A DNA stretch of 64,000 nt from Anolis carolinensis. Its lineage: Eukaryota. The notes beneath the pieces were generated by a model. It saw only the letters and a list, made by a program, of their open reading frames with translations. It was not told the origin of the DNA and ran no database searches. This document shows positions 39,773-51,562 of this stretch, one piece after another; within the stretch, counting starts at the first letter, position 1; every line of letters begins with the position of its first letter. The stretch lies in NCBI RefSeq assembly GCF_035594765.1, contig NW_026943824.1:9743451-9807450 (forward strand), in the 5' to 3' direction. A program made the position numbers and the translations under genes.

Positions 39773-42700
39773 GTAAGTTCTCTTTTTGGCTCTCTTCTTT
39801 GCTACTCCACTTTTCTCCTTTCTGTTTTGGTGTGTGCCTTTCTCAAACCTGCTTCTACCTCACTTTGTATCTTCAGCTGCATGAAGTGAAAGGATTCTAA
39901 TGAAAATGGATTCTAATGAAAATAAACTGTGTTATTTAATTGTTTGTTTGCACATTTCTCAGGTTTATTTAGTGGTTGCACCTGTGTGTATTTATCTCTT
40001 GAATACAGGAGAAAACATGCCCTCCCTATCCCCATAAAAACAAAGCTAATATTCACAGTCTTTTAGGCTAATATAGCGAAATAATGTACTGAAGTGTGAT
40101 TAAGCACTTCTTAAATATTGCGTGATGTTATTAGATGTGTCACAATATGTGCGGATTAAGCTATTTTCCAAACATTTTCATAAATTGCATAATTTTACTG
40201 GTAATTTCTAAGTTGACAATGAACAATATGGCAGATGTGTATGTGATTTTCCCCAGATTCAATGGAGTGGATTATTATTGTGAAAGTTTGGCTATGAAAT
40301 GTTTTCATCCATGAACAGTTTTCTAAAAATGCAGTCATACTTGTACTTGGTTTGTGGGTTATAATTTTCTAGATGGTTGTTGTTGTTGTTCTTATCGTTG
40401 TTGTTGTTGTTGTTTGACTTGTTCTGAAGCACATACTGGGTCAGATGTGGATAGATCACAACATAGCTTGGTAGAAGAGGTCCTGTTTTATTCAGCATTC
40501 AGTCTTTGGGATGTAAATAGATTGCACAATATGATCTTATATTAATTCCAAACCAGTTTACATATCATCTGTAACTAGTGCTTTTCAAACAAAAAATGGG
40601 GAGCTAATGTTTTCAGGCATCAGAAACCACTTTGAGTCAATGTTCAATGTATTATTGGCTGTGCCGTAAAAGCCTTTCGGACATTAGTTTGGGGGCTTTG
40701 AGGTGTGATTTTGGGCATCCCTTTGAACCATTTCGCTTCCCCATTGTAGTGCTATTCATATAACCCCTGGCCATCAGGAGCTGAAACTGTGGGATTTTGC
40801 TGCTCCTTCCAGGCACTTATAGGAATTTATCCTCTCAATTGGGTATTTCCGCATTGTTTGCAAACTTTCCTTTGTTCTTTTGCAAATGTGAAATCAATGT
40901 GTTGTAACTGGATGGCTTTGTCCATGAGAAATACCCTCCCCCCCCCCCCCCCTTGCAGAATACACAAACCAGAGAAAGGCTTCCAATTGCAAAATGCATC
41001 CTTCTTTCTTTATTAAAATAATCCATTCTGCAATCAGGTACTGTAAAGTAGAAGTGTCTATGGGCTTCTTAATGAGAAGTAGCTGGTGCCAGATTTCGCA
41101 TTGTGCTTAACTTGCCAGAAGGGCCCATCTTCCTGCCCCTTGAATTTTTTTATACGATGGAGTTTGCTTATGTGGTGCAATTCTAAATGTGAAGGCATTC
41201 TGTTTCAGAGTGATTCCAGACATAATGATACAGCTGGTTGTCCATGGTAACATGCCACAAAGCAGGCAGTGTAGGTCTACCAGCCCTACCTCCTTTAGGA
41301 CCCAGTTAATTAATAACTTAATTAGCACAGGGCCTCAATTGTCCTAAATCCGGCACTGAAAGTAGCCCTTTATCTTGCAGAATACAATAACACCAACTTA
41401 CTCCCTAACTTTAGTGTTGGTAGAAAGAATTCATGTTCATGATGTGGAAATATTCTGCTGGAGTTGAATTTCTGCATTGTTTCTCTTTTGAGGGAGGACT
41501 TGAGTCCACTTCCACTCACAGAATGGTCTGTAAATGGAAGAACTTTTTGGAGAATTGCTTGCAAGGCAAAGAGTCTGTCTGATAGGCTGCTTAGTCCCCA
41601 AATGTGGACCTTTCAAATGTTTCTATCAATTCCCTATGGCTGCACATTGAAGAAAAAGGTTTCGAATGAAGAACAATTATCTCTATCGCCGCGGCATGGA
41701 AAGTCACTTTTAAGAAATAATTGATCATACGGCTCATAGCAAAGGACACTCTTCACAAAGTGACTTTAATGTCTGCACTGAACTTTTAAAAAAGACTTTC
41801 TGTTTCTTTTTATCCCCCCCCCCTTTTGGGGGGGGGATTTAAAAGAGAAAGTAGCATCTACTAAACTTTGAAAAGGAAGTCCTCAGAATGATGCCCCCCA
41901 ATCATTTTAGTGCCTTCTCACTGTAAAAAAACAACAACTAAGAAACTAAGCTATGCTTGTTACATGGAAAAGAAGCAAATTGCAAGCTGTTGATTTTTGG
42001 GGACGGAGAGAGGGATATGGCTACAGCTCTCTTGCTCTGAAAAACAATGTGCAATAGATAATGTTGTTGCTTAATTGATACACTTTTCTTCTCAGTAATA
42101 CTGGTTACCAACCTTTTTTTGTGACGGGTCCATTCATTAAACAACAGACACTTTACCCACAGGGCCAGTACTCATGGTTTCACCTACCCCCATTCAGCAA
42201 AATAAGTTTTCTCTGGGAATTTTCTAGGCATGCCATGCAATTTTGCAGCAAGTTTTGCTACAGAGTTTCCCTGGAGGACCTAATAAATCCTCAGTGAGGC
42301 TAGCTCTGTTCATTTCAATAACGTTCACTGTTATCCATGGTTTCCACAATGAGTCCAGGAACCTCTCCTCTGATTATATGGGAGTCAATCTGTGTTATTC
42401 CATTTCAGTTGCTGCATCCTGTGGATTCCTGGGATTTGTAGTTTGGTGACATACTAAGGCTCTAGAATCTAAATGTCCCTTCCCAAATTGCTTACCCCCA
42501 GGACTGTGTAGGATGGAGCTATGATAGTTAAAGCTGAATTATTTAAAAATAAAGTTATTATAAATTATTAATATTGGTCTTGGGAGAATCCTGGAGTCCC
42601 AGGAAACATCAGGGTCCTCCAGAACATGATCTGAAAAACTGTTGAGGCATCAGCATCTCATTTATTAAAAGAGGAGTGCTCTGTTAAACTCTCCTTCGTG

Positions 42701-42971
42701 CCACATGAAAAATTCATATTGCATTTTTGAGGTGGGGGGGAGTTACTTTGGTTATGCTATGCAGCCATGGTTATTTGTCTTGAGAACACCTTACACCTGT
42801 TTTTTCTTTCCTCGCCAAATGCATCTGGTCCATCTTTGTCTTTGCTCGCTGCCACCAGCTGCCCCATCTGTCATGGAGCAGCAATGTGGCAGTTAGCAGC
42901 ATTTGACAAAGTTGACAGAAAGAAGGAAAAATGGCAGGCGAGGAATTCTGCCATCAAGCAAAGCAAAGGTG

Positions 42972-43839
42972 TGTCAAAACCCAGGCTACGGAGCACCAAT
43001 AACCATGCGCAGAGGCCAGATACTATTTAATATCTTTATTAAAGGAATATATAAAGTCAATAAAAACAAGTGAAGAATGAAGTTCAGAAGTAGACCTTTC
43101 AGGAAAGGTCAAATATAGTCCAGAAAAGCAATGTCCAATATGTGATATTAGAGTCCAAAGTTATAATCCAATAACCGAAACACACACTTTGCCAAGCAAA
43201 GTGTGGGGAAATGACAAGGTCCTTTAGTCCAATGGAGCTTGACAACAAGGCTGGAAAACAAACTAGATTCTTGGCAAACAAGACTTGATACGAGGCAACA
43301 AGAAGCAAGAAGCAAGAACAAGGTCCGTGGCGAGGTCCGAAGAACAAGGCAGGCTTGGAACTAGAACAAGGTCCTGGAAACAAGGAACTGGAGTTGCGTA
43401 GTCCACACACGATCTCACTCCCGAAGCTGACGAATTGACTCCGCAAGGATCTCCTTGCGGTAAAACAGCTATATAGGATCTTGTTTTCCCGCCAAGGAAC
43501 ACTTTCCCTGGGGAACAAGAAGTGAAACCCAAGCTGTGTCCAGATGCATGACTCCTTAAGATTTCCCAAGGGAAACAGGCTTAATCAGCTAATTGTCTGG
43601 CAGCGATTCTGGTGCTTCGGCGATTCGCCTCCCTAGCGCCTCTATCTCGATTATAATTATCCCGGCGAGAGAACGGGGGAGAATTCTGCCCAAGGCTTGT
43701 TTGGCTGACTTCTTGAGGGCAAACATCCTGCAGGTGCAGGGGCTCCGATTCTGGCTGAATCGGTGGGAAACCAAAGTTTTCCTCTTCGTCTGCCACAATA
43801 GTACTAGGAACGGGACTACATGGCCCATGAGACATCACA
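42972..43839 (-). repeat. 3' LTR
   Basis: Direct repeat of 47784-48651, preceded by the PPT on the minus strand. Confidence 0.97.
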
Positions 43840-44330
43840 CTATCCCCCTCCTCAAGGCCCCTCTCAAAAATGGGCCCTCTTCCCGAGGTGCGGGGCCGCG
43901 GCTTGGCAGGGTAGGCCTGATGGAAGCGGCGGACTAAGTCGGGGGCATGGACTGTGGAAGCGTCTTCCCAAGAGCATTCTTCGGGGCCAAAACCCACCCA
44001 GTCAATGAGATACTGAAGGCGGCGGCGATGAAAGCGAGAATCCAAAATGTCCTGAACCTCGAATTCCTCCTCCCCGTCCACCAAAACAGGGGCGGGGGCC
44101 GGCTGGTCCACATCGGGGCGTACCCCATCCGCCGGAAGGAGCAGGGAACGATGAAACACTGGATGAATGCGCATAGAGCGCGGAAGTTGGAGTTTGAAAG
44201 TCACGGGGTTAAGTTGCGCCACCACTGGGTAGGGACCAATGAAACGGGCATCTAGCTTCCGGCAGGGACGGTGGGAGGGCAAAAAGCGAGTGGACAATAG
44301 GACCCGATCTCCTACCTTGATCTCGGGGCC
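43581..44330 (-). pseudogene. pol: Integrase C-terminus: GPY/F module, chromodomain, LTR-encoded tail
   Basis: KLDARFIGPY; FEVQDILDSR..QYLIDWVGFGPEECSWE chromodomain; ORF continues into the LTR to a stop at 43581. Confidence 0.9.
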
Positions 44331-46740
44331 GACTTGGTAAAAAGGTCCACCACCACTAGGATCGTGGTATATCCAAGGGAAGGTGGTAGATCAGTGATAA
44401 AATCTGCAGAAATTATCTCCCATGGGCGAGATGGAGTAGGAAGGGGATGCAGTAGCCCTGAGGGCTTCTCCCTTCTTATCTTGGAGCGCTGGCATACCGG
44501 GCAGGTATTGACATATTTCTCCACATCCTTGCGGATCTTGGGCCACCAGAAATCTCGTAGGATCAAATGCATGGTTTTGAAAAGTCCAAAATGCCCTGCT
44601 GGCTTGCTGTCATGGCACAGACGAAGTGTCTTTTCTCTGCCGGGGTCTGGAGGGATGTAAACATGATTCCTGTAGCACAGTAGCCCATCCTTAAGTGAGA
44701 AAGGGAAACGTAGTCCTTGGCAAATCTGTTCTTGAACCCAGGCATCTGCCTGTTGACTGGCTCTAATCTCTTGAGCGCAAAGGGGTTCTGGGTTAGAAGG
44801 AGTTGATTCAATTGGAGTGGATTTGGTGTTTCCCACTGTGAGCGTGGCAAAGTTCTCGGGTTGCAGCAATCGGGATTCGAAGGTCTCTCTGCGTCCTGCA
44901 GCATACTCTGGTTTTCGTGATACGAGCATCTGCTTGCTTGGTCTGAGCCGGGGTTACATAATGGATCTGGAAGTCAAAACGCTCAAAGAATAAAGCCCAG
45001 CGCTGCTGCCTCTGATTTAGCTTGCGGGCAGTTCTTAGATGTTCCAAATTACGATGATCAGTATGAACCTCAATGGGAAATTTGGCCCCTTCTAACCAAT
45101 GCCTCCAATTTTCAAAGGCTGCCTTTATGGCCAAAAGTTCCTTCTCCCAAATAGTATAATTTCTCTCTGGGGCTGTTAGTTGACGGGAGTAAAAGGCACA
45201 AGGATAAAGATGTTCTCCCACTGGTTGCATGAGTACAGCCCCAATTGCCACATCGGAGGCGTCAGTCTGCACAACGAAAGGGGTTTTAGGATCAGGGTGC
45301 TGTAGAATTGGTTGGGACGTGAACAACTTCTTTAATTGCTGGAACCCTTTCTCTGCTTGCTCCGTCCAGCGGAAAGGCTGTTTCCCACGGATGCAGCTGG
45401 TGATTGGGTCAGACCAGCGGGCAAAGTTTGGGATGAATTTGCAGTAGTAGTTCGCGAACCCCAAGAAACGTTGCACTTCTTTCTTGTTGGTTGGCGCCCG
45501 CCATTCCAATACTGCTGAAACCTTTGCCGGGTCCATGGAGAGCCCTTGTGGCGAGACACGGTATCCCAGGAAGTCTACCTCTTGTAGGTCAAAAGCGCAC
45601 TTTTCCAACTTGGCATATAGCCCATGATCCCGCAATCGTTGTAGCACCATCCTGACGTGCTTCTCATGCTCCGATTGTGATCTAGAAAACACCAAAAAAA
45701 TCGTCCAAGTAAATGATCAAGAACCGATCTAGATAATCCTGGAAGATATCATTGACAAAATGCTGGAACGTTGCGGGAGCTCCGGATAATCCGTAATTCT
45801 TGACTAGGGACTCGAATAATCCGAATTTGGTCTGGAAAGCGGTTTTCCATTCGTCCCCCTCCCTGATGCGAACTAGATTGTAAGCCCCCCGGAGATCCAG
45901 CTTGGTGTAAACCTTGGCCCCTCGAAGTCGGTCTAATAGGTCTGAGATCAAAGGCAGGGGGTAGCGGTTCCGCTTCGTGATATTGTTCAATGCTCTATAG
46001 TCCACAACCAAGCGTAAGTCCCCTGACTTCTTTTTCACAAACATCACCGGGGAGGCAGCTGGGGATTGAGAGGGTCTGATGAATCCCTTGCAAAGATTTG
46101 ACTCTATGAACTCCCTGAGAGCTTCTTGCTCTGGTTCAGTCAGGGAGTAGAGGTGTCCTCGCGGGATCGGGGCCCCCTCCGCCAAGTCAATGGCACAATC
46201 GTAGGGTCTATGCGGGGGTAGTTTCTCGGCTTCTTTTTCATTGAAAACATCCCAAAAGTCTGAGTATTTCTTGGGCAAGGTGATGATGGGTTCAGCGTCT
46301 GTGGCATGGCAGACCTTGGCTACAAGACAATGGTTTTGGCAATATTTAGAAGCAAACTGCAGTGTTCTGTTGGTCCAGGAGATGTTTGGGTCGTGGAGTG
46401 TCAGCCATGGAATTCCCAAAATCACAGGGAAGTGGGGGACCTCGGTAACAAAGAAGGAAATCTTTTCCATGTGTTCCCTTATCCACATTCTGGTGGGCTC
46501 AGTCCATTGGCTTACTGGACCCATCTTTAGGGGACGGCCATCTATAGCCTGCACCACCCGGGCATTCTTGAAATCGTGATATTGTAATCCCAGAGAGTCG
46601 GCGTACTCTCTGTCAATGAAATTGTTTGTTGCTCCTGAGTCTATCATGGCATGGATCATGACGGGTCCTTTTTTCGCTGACCACAACGTGACCACTAGGA
46701 GGAATAGGACCCCGGTTTGCGGCTCTTGAGTGGGGTTTTT
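44331..46740 (-). pseudogene. pol: pol: protease, RT, RNase H, integrase N-terminus (frameshifted)
   Basis: MIDSGAT (PR); KLDLRGAYN and YLDD (RT); TDASD and EKELLAI (RH); H..H..C..C and DFITDLP (IN); frameshifts near 45690 and 44920. Confidence 0.93.
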
Positions 46741-46761
46741 TTACCGAGTTGGCGAGCCTCT

Positions 46762-47740
46762 CTACGCCCGGTCGCTGGCTTCCCCCGCCGGCTTGGCTCC
46801 AGCCGCCTCGGCCGTCTCTGTCTCCGCGGAGGACGCCGCCGCCAGGCGAGCGGCGGGCTTTCTCTTGGCTGGACATTCTCTGGCGAAGTGGCCCCCGTTC
46901 CCGCAGTACCAGCAGAGGTTTAACCGTTGGCCTTTTCGGCTACATCTATTCTGGGGCGCACATTGCCCAACTGCATCGGCTCTTCCTCGCTTCCCCTGGG
47001 GTATGGGGCTGGTGGTGGGGGTCTCCACACTGGACGTGGCTGAATACTGGCGGAAGCAGGGGGTTTCACTCCTGCTCTTCCACTTTGGCCTCGGAGCCAC
47101 TGTTTTTTGTTGGCAAGCAGGACTTCGGCTTGTAAACAATGGTTGATAAGTCTCTCAAGAGAATTTGGAGGATCCACCTTGGAGATTTCTTCCTGCATCT
47201 CGATATTGAGACCCTCACGAAACTGTCCTCTGAGGGCTATATCGTTCCAACCGGTGTTTTGGGCCACACCCGGAACTCGGCTATGTACTGGGACAACGGC
47301 CTGTCTCCTTGGAAGAGGCGCCGGAGTTTATGGCCGGCCGCCTCCTCGTTGTCCTCGATCCCCCAGGTCGCCTTAAGGTGATTCAAGAAGTTTTGCGCGG
47401 AACTTAGGTGCATGGAGCCCGCATCAAATAGCGCCATCGCCCAATTGGCCGCTGGCCCTTCTAGGAGACTATAAATCCACGCCACCTTGACATCTTCTTG
47501 GGGAAATTCGGCTTGACGGGCTTCTATGTATGCCTGGCATTGGCAACGGAAAACATGAACCTTGGAGGCTTCTCCAGAAAACTTGGTTGGAAGTGCCAGG
47601 CCAGGGAGCCGGATACCTCGTTCCTTCAAGCCCCGTATTTCTCCCTCCTGCGTATGGAGTGTATCACGGATTCTGTCTAATTCATCCTTGGAAATAGTGT
47701 AGCTGAGTGGTTGGGCTTCCGCCCCGGTTCCTGTAGACAT
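46762..47740 (-). pseudogene. gag: gag (sushi/PEG10-like capsid and CCHC zinc knuckle), two frameshifts
   Basis: PTKFSG..LLEGPAANW..LFQGDRPLSQYIAEF, WNDIAL..FREGL, EPMQLG and CWYCGNGGHFAREC are spread over three ORFs. Confidence 0.92.
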
Positions 47741-47783
47741 CCTGGCCTTAGGTTAATTGGTGCTTAGGGGGGCGGAGTCAAAC

Positions 47784-48651
47784 TGTCAAAACCCAGGCTA
47801 CGGAGCACCAATAACCATGCGCAGAGGCCAGATACTATTTAATATCTTTATTAAAGGAATATATAAAGTCAATAAAAACAAGTGAAGAATGAAGTTCAGA
47901 AGTAGACCTTTCAGGAAAGGTCAAATATAGTCCAGAAAAGCAATGTCCAATATGTGATATTAGAGTCCAAAGTTATAATCCAATAACCGAAACACACACT
48001 TTGCCAAGCAAAGTGTGGGGAAATGACAAGGTCCTTTAGTCCAATGGAGCTTGACAACAAGGCTGGAAAACAAACTAGATTCTTGGCAAACAAGACTTGA
48101 TACGAGGCAACAAGAAGCAAGAAGCAAGAACAAGGTCCGTGGCGAGGTCCGAAGAACAAGGCAGGCTTGGAACTAGAACAAGGTCCTGGAAACAAGGAAC
48201 TGGAGTTGCGTAGTCCACACACGATCTCACTCCCGAAGCTGACGAATTGACTCCGCAAGGATCTCCTTGTGGTAAAACAGCTATATAGGATCTTGTTTTC
48301 CCGCCAAGGAACACTTTCCCTGGGGAACAAGAAGTGAAACCCAAGCTGTGTCCAGATGCATGACTCCTTAAGATTTCCCAAGGGAAACAGGCTTAATCAG
48401 CTAATTGTCTGGCAGCGATTCTGGTGCTTCGGCGATTCGCCTCCCTAGCGCCTCTATCTCGATTATAATTATCCCGGCGAGAGAACGGGGGAGAATTCTG
48501 CCCAAGGCTTGTTTGGCTGACTTCTTGAGGGCAAACATCCTGCAGGTGCAGGGGCTCCGATTCTGGCTGAATCGGTGGGAAACCAAAGTTTTCCTCTTCG
48601 TCTGCCACAATAGTACTAGGAACGGGACTACATGGCCCATGAGACATCACA
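47784..48651 (-). repeat. 5' LTR
   Basis: Minus-strand TATATA at 48282-48287; differs from the 3' LTR at one position I could find (48269 vs 43457 region, TTGTGG vs TTGCGG). Confidence 0.97.
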
Positions 48652-49410
48652 AGGTGGTGGAGAGGTTTCCAACTTACGGGACACAATAGTCCCTGAGCTC
48701 ATTAGCAGGCCTTTGTGAGGAAGACAACAATTTACCTATGATTAATATATTTCAATAACTACACATACTTTCTAGAAATAATCAGGTGTCTTGAAATGGA
48801 CCCTATGTATTTGGAGTAAGCAAAAGAAAGAGGCAATACCAATGGCCTCGAATATCTGAGGACAACAAAATGATGCCAGATCTTTGTTCCTCATTTGGGT
48901 CAAAATTTCTTCTTGTGATTGTAATGTGAAGAGCATTGTGAATATCAATCATTTTTAGGGCTCAGGAGGTCTTACTGTTTAACTGAGCTGAGACTGAAGT
49001 CCAGTATGTTGCTTGGTAACAAAAGATGTAGATGAGTGAGTGACTAAATCTACCATATGGCTGGGCATTTTGCCCTATTCACCTGTGACATGACTACACA
49101 TGTAATGCCTTACCGATTTATAGTATGCTTTATCAAATTTTACTACTCAGAACTGCAAGTTACTGACAGGTAGTCTATTGGTGTGGGAAATAAAATGATG
49201 TTTTCCCGAGTGCATCCCGAGTGAACATTCAATAATTTAAACAAGTTGCTATCTTAGAAGTTCATGTACTAAAGTTAACTTTGGAATCAAAGTAGTAATC
49301 TTCTATAATTTGAAAAAAAGATGTCTGCAAATAAATCCACAAGTTTTTAAGCCTCCATCGCAACTTACGAAATTAGAGTTGTGTGTATTGAAGGGAGCAA
49401 ATGTGATCTA

Positions 49411-49820
49411 GGTATTGTTGAAGGCTTTCATATCTGGAATCACTGGGGTGTTCTGTGGTTTCTGGACTGTATAGATGTATTCTAGCAGCATTTTTTCCTG
49501 CCGTTTCATCTGCATCTGTGACTGGCATCTTAAGAGGATTTGGTTATAGTAAAGCAAGTGAAGTATATATACCTGTGGAATGTCCAGAGTGGGAGAAAAG
49601 AATCATTATGTGTGTGCTGAGTGAGATCTACCTATTAGCATGTGAGTAACCATGAGCCTAGCATAGTCTAATAGTAAGGGCATCTGCATAGAAGTAACCT
49701 TTGTTCCCTTTGAATTGTTTCCTGTCTAGAGACATCCCTTGTTTGGTGGTGTACACTAGCCCTTGATTGCTTACTGTCTGGAGACCTCCTATGTCTGGGT
49801 GGTATTCATTAGTCACTGTC
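49411..49820 (-). mobile_element. Penelope-like element fragment
   Basis: Antisense of the 13015 motif, plus the terminal GAAAGCCTTCAACAATAC; degenerate hammerhead at ~49497-49538. Confidence 0.7.
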
Positions 49821-49887
<67 letters not shown>

Positions 49888-50622
49888 GTTTATTTATATC
49901 CCCCCTCCATCTCCCCCGAAGGGGACTCGGGGCGGCTTACAGCAAAATCAAAATACAAACAATGATAAAATATAAAACATCAGGCCAAAAACAAAAACCA
50001 ATAAAAAATATACACAATAAGTTAAAAAACACAACGCAGAATTAAAACATCAGGTTAAAAACAATGAGGTTGCAATAGTGGATAAGCAAAGTGTACGGTG
50101 CACATTATGGGTAACAAATTCATAAATAGATAAAGTGCATTAGAATCATTTAAGGTCACATTAGGTACGGTAGGGAGGAGTCCTGAGTAATATCAATCAA
50201 TCAGGAATCGGGAAGAGCGACCAGTGCAAAAGGTCGATTGTGATGGAAAAAAGATGATCTTAACCAAAGGCCTGAGTGAAAAGCCAAGTTTTCAGACTCT
50301 TCCGAAATGCCATCAAGGTGGGGGCTTGCCTGATCTCCCTAGGCAGCGAATTCCACAACCGGGGGGCCACTACAGAGAAGGCCCTGTCCCTCGTCCCCAC
50401 CAACCGCGCTTGCGATGCTGGCGGAAGCGAGAGGAGGGCCTCCCTCGATGACCGAAGAGACCGTACAGGTTCGTAGGGGGAGAGACGATCCCGAAGGTAG
50501 ATGGGTCCCAAACCGTTTTGAGCTTTATAGGTGATCACCAGCACTTTGAATTGGGTCCGGAAAATAAGCGGCAGCCAGTGGAGCTCCTTAAACATGAGGG
50601 TTGACCGCTCTCTGTGAGCGGT
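49821..50622 (-). mobile_element. L2 3' fragment with (AAT)n tract
   Basis: KELHWLP..FKVLVITYK..RAFSVVAPRLWNSLP in ORF 50260-50745(-); (AAT)n at 49821-49887. Confidence 0.9.
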
Positions 50623-51427
50623 CTTGATTCTGTGAGCTATGTTTTCTTTGGAACACTCCACTGTATATAATCTTGGAGACCTATTGCAATCTACTTTGAC
50701 AGTAGGTCTATTGATGTGGTCTGTGAAATAGATGGCTGATTGCACTTTCAGGAAAGGCTTGCAGAACCAGGCATGTTTTCAAGAAATGTCTGCATTTGTT
50801 GGAGCATGTCTAACTTCTAAGACAAGTGTATTTCATACAAGGCTGAAAGCTATGGAGATTGGGCCCAGGTTAACCATTGCCATAAACAGTTTCAAACCAG
50901 GGATTGGAGTTAAATGCTCTATTGACTGTACCATACAACATTACACATTTCTTGACATTACCAAGGGTGTTTCTTTAAAAGCCAGCACCCATAACACATT
51001 TCTTTTTTGCCAAATGTCTGAGCTTTGAGCCCTTTCCCTCCTCTCTCCTTGTAGCTGACATTACCATGTTTTTGCATCCTACATTTTTGAGTCCTTTTTC
51101 TTGTGGTTCAAGATACCTTCTCTCGAAGCACGCCAACCCTTGCCTCTTTTTATGGGATCGCTGTGCGCTCTCTTACAGCTGTCTACTGCACTAATAAAGA
51201 AGATGTTTGTGGCCATGACCTACCTGAACCATTATACGCTAATCATATTGAGCAATTGCAAGCAGATTGATTAAATGCCACGGATCTCCCTTGAGGACCA
51301 GCGAGACCACAATCCTCGGCTCACCACCCCTTAACAGATGGCATGATAATGTTTTTTAACAGCACACTGAAGGGAGCAGGTGGCTAAGAGCCATTAGGGG
51401 AAGGCTGTTTCTGAGACCAGCGAACTA

Positions 51428-51562
51428 NNNNNNNNNNNNNNNNNNNNNNNNNNNNNNNNNNNNNNNNNNNNNNNNNNNNNNNNNNNNNNNNNNNNNNNNN
51501 NNNNNNNNNNNNNNNNNNNNNNNNNNNNNNNNNNNNNNNNNNNNNNNNNNNNNNNNNNNNNN
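51428..51562. other. Assembly gap (135 N)
   Basis: Run of n characters. Confidence 1.

Larger units (their letters stand above)
42972..48651 (-). mobile_element. Ty3/gypsy chromovirus (Tf1/sushi group) LTR retrotransposon, two LTRs, defective
   Basis: 868-bp TG...CA LTRs; TSD AGGTG (42967-42971, 48652-48656); PPT GAGGAGGGGGATAG; domain order gag-PR-RT-RH-IN-chromo. Confidence 0.97.

Noticed and set aside
41812-41838. C-run/TTTT/G-run hairpin
   Set aside because: Low-complexity homopolymers with no functional evidence.
43099-43569. 156-aa hydrophobic ORF in both gypsy LTRs (also 47911-48381) as an env-like gene
   Set aside because: Non-ATG start, spans TATA/R/U5, no recognisable domain; the hydrophobicity follows from CTT-rich composition, and its presence twice only reflects LTR identity.
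46762-47740. Domesticated gag gene (PEG10/RTL-like)
   Set aside because: Flanked by near-identical LTRs and a TSD, and frameshifted; it is a recent transposon copy.
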